This document shows, one piece after another, positions 40,463 to 41,216 of a stretch of 41,216 bases of DNA; the stretch's first letter is position 1, and each line of letters opens with the position of its first letter. The position numbers and the translations under genes were made by a program. The notes under the pieces are model-generated. The model did not search any database. It saw only the letters and a list, made by a program, of their open reading frames with translations, and was not told the origin of the DNA. This stretch comes from a virus. The stretch lies in IMG/VR virus record IMGVR_UViG_3300046747_000434, positions 1-41,216 of that record. The stretch is one strand, 5' to 3'.

Positions 40463-41214
40463 CACGTTACCCCCGGGTACAGGCGATCCAGCAGCTCCAC
40501 ACCTGGGCAGGCCATGTCGCGCAGTACCTGTAGGCACAGGTTAGCGCTCAGCACAAGGTAACGCTCACCAGCAGCTCCAGCAGCGGAAGCAGCGTCAGCA
40601 GCAGCGCGAGCAGCGGAAGCAGCAGCGTAAGCAGCGCGAGCAGCAGCGTTAGCAGCAGCGTAAGCAGCAGCGTAAGCAGCAGCGTCAGCAGCGTTAGCAG
40701 CAGCGTAAGCAGCAGCGTAAGCAGCGGAAGCAGCAGCGTCAGCAGCGGGAGAAGCAGCGGAAGCAGCAGCGTAAGCAGCGGAAGCAGCGTCCTTGGTCCC
40801 CTCTTTTTCGCAGCGGTCGGCGGCCTCGCGGCAACGTTGGTGCACTGGCGAGGTGGCAGTGAACAGTTCGCGGAACAGCGTGGGCAGCAGCACACGGATG
40901 TGCGCCTCGGCGATACGGCGCGCGAAGTCCACACCATCGAGCGTGTCGCTACCGAGTTGCGCGACTGCGATGTCGCGAAGCCCACGCGCGCGGGAATCGT
41001 CGCTCTCCCAGCGTGGAGAGTCGTTGAGCGTGATCTTGAATCTGCGCACAGCAGGGTGGACACACGCGGGGTCATCGCCGAACGGGAGGCCCATCGCCTG
41101 CGAGATAGCGGCCTCCACGCACATCTTGCCATCGGCGCGTCCCACGCCAGTGCACAACCCACGCGCAAGTATCGCCTCGAATACAGGTTGGTTGAATGCT
41201 GATAGATCGGTCAT
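40462..41214 (-). CDS. Ala-rich periodic-repeat protein, paralog P4 (250 aa); a mosaic of P3 and P2
   Basis: The N-terminal 119 aa are identical to P3. The linker and repeat are identical to P2 minus one 90-bp unit. The 3' end is identical to P3. Confidence 0.85.
   Translation of the reverse strand: MTDLSAFNQPVFEAILARGLCTGVGRADGKMCVEAAISQAMGLPFGDDPACVHPAVRRFKITLNDSPRWESDDSRARGLRDIAVAQLGSDTLDGVDFARRIAEAHIRVLLPTLFRELFTATSPVHQRCREAADRCEKEGTKDAASAAYAAASAASPAADAAASAAYAAAYAAANAADAAAYAAAYAAANAAARAAYAAASAARAAADAASAAGAAGERYLVLSANLCLQVLRDMACPGVELLDRLYPGVT
40568..40791 (-). repeat. GCT-codon repeat array in P4
   Basis: Same unit structure as the P2 array, but with a single copy of the 90-bp unit. Confidence 0.85.
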
Positions 41215-41216
41215 TT

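Noticed and set aside
40118-40537. A conserved 'MPTGTARHGLPRCGAAGSPVPGG' N-terminus shared by ORFs 28538..28729, 31141..31359 and 40118..40537. It looks like a second conserved gene family.
   Set aside because: It is the out-of-frame reading of the conserved 3' end of the P2, P3 and P4 genes. The real downstream genes start at the internal ATG that overlaps the family gene stop (TGATG). Their sequences after that point are unrelated.
41090-41216. Reading the 127-bp end repeat as a genuine direct terminal repeat (DTR) of a linear phage genome.
   Set aside because: The length equals a common assembler k-mer size. The repeat starts and ends at arbitrary positions inside a coding gene rather than at an intergenic terminus. 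I therefore treat it as an assembly overlap, pending read-end analysis.

Overview
This window is a visibly GC-rich dsDNA phage genome of about 41 kb, and it appears complete. Bases 1-127 are identical to 41090-41216, so the unique length is 41,089 bp. This looks like a circular-contig overlap.

The virion gene order is podovirus-like and P22-like: TerS, TerL, portal, scaffold, coat, then tail and ejection-type proteins and a beta-helix tailspike. I saw no tape measure, sheath or tube genes.

Modules:
- (1) Plus strand, 7387-28657: packaging, structure and lysis, ending in an M15 endolysin and a spanin-like protein.
- (2) Minus strand, 32662->28654: recombination genes (an RHH regulator, a YqaJ exonuclease and an Erf-like annealase).
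- (3) Plus strand, 32739-39853: replication and accessory genes (phage Dam-type methyltransferase, SF2 helicase, primase-like protein, sigma region-4 protein, RusA, HAD phosphatase, a Cys-rich peptide and a secreted collagen-like protein).
- (4) Minus strand, 3493->132: an operon of very small genes that continues across the contig junction into 41214->39834.
- (5) 4434-7295: an HNH endonuclease, two XRE regulators and several small genes.

About 30 gene junctions are ATGA, TGATG or GTGA stop/start overlaps, which indicates translational coupling. I found no integrase, tRNA, CRISPR array or reverse transcriptase.

Most notable observations:
- (a) A four-copy family of proteins with periodic Ala-rich repeats (AAYAAAYAAANAAD...), encoded almost entirely with GCT alanine codons. 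One copy is a clean mosaic of two others. One copy carries a perfect 90-bp tandem duplication. Two copies directly flank the phage's own Erf/exonuclease module.
- (b) A non-coding region of about 940 bp (3494-4433). It carries five phased YATGACAK iterons, a 14-bp perfect palindrome, two TGCGTA-N6-TACGCA sites and a 16-bp direct repeat.

All functional calls come from motif recognition by eye, not from database searches.
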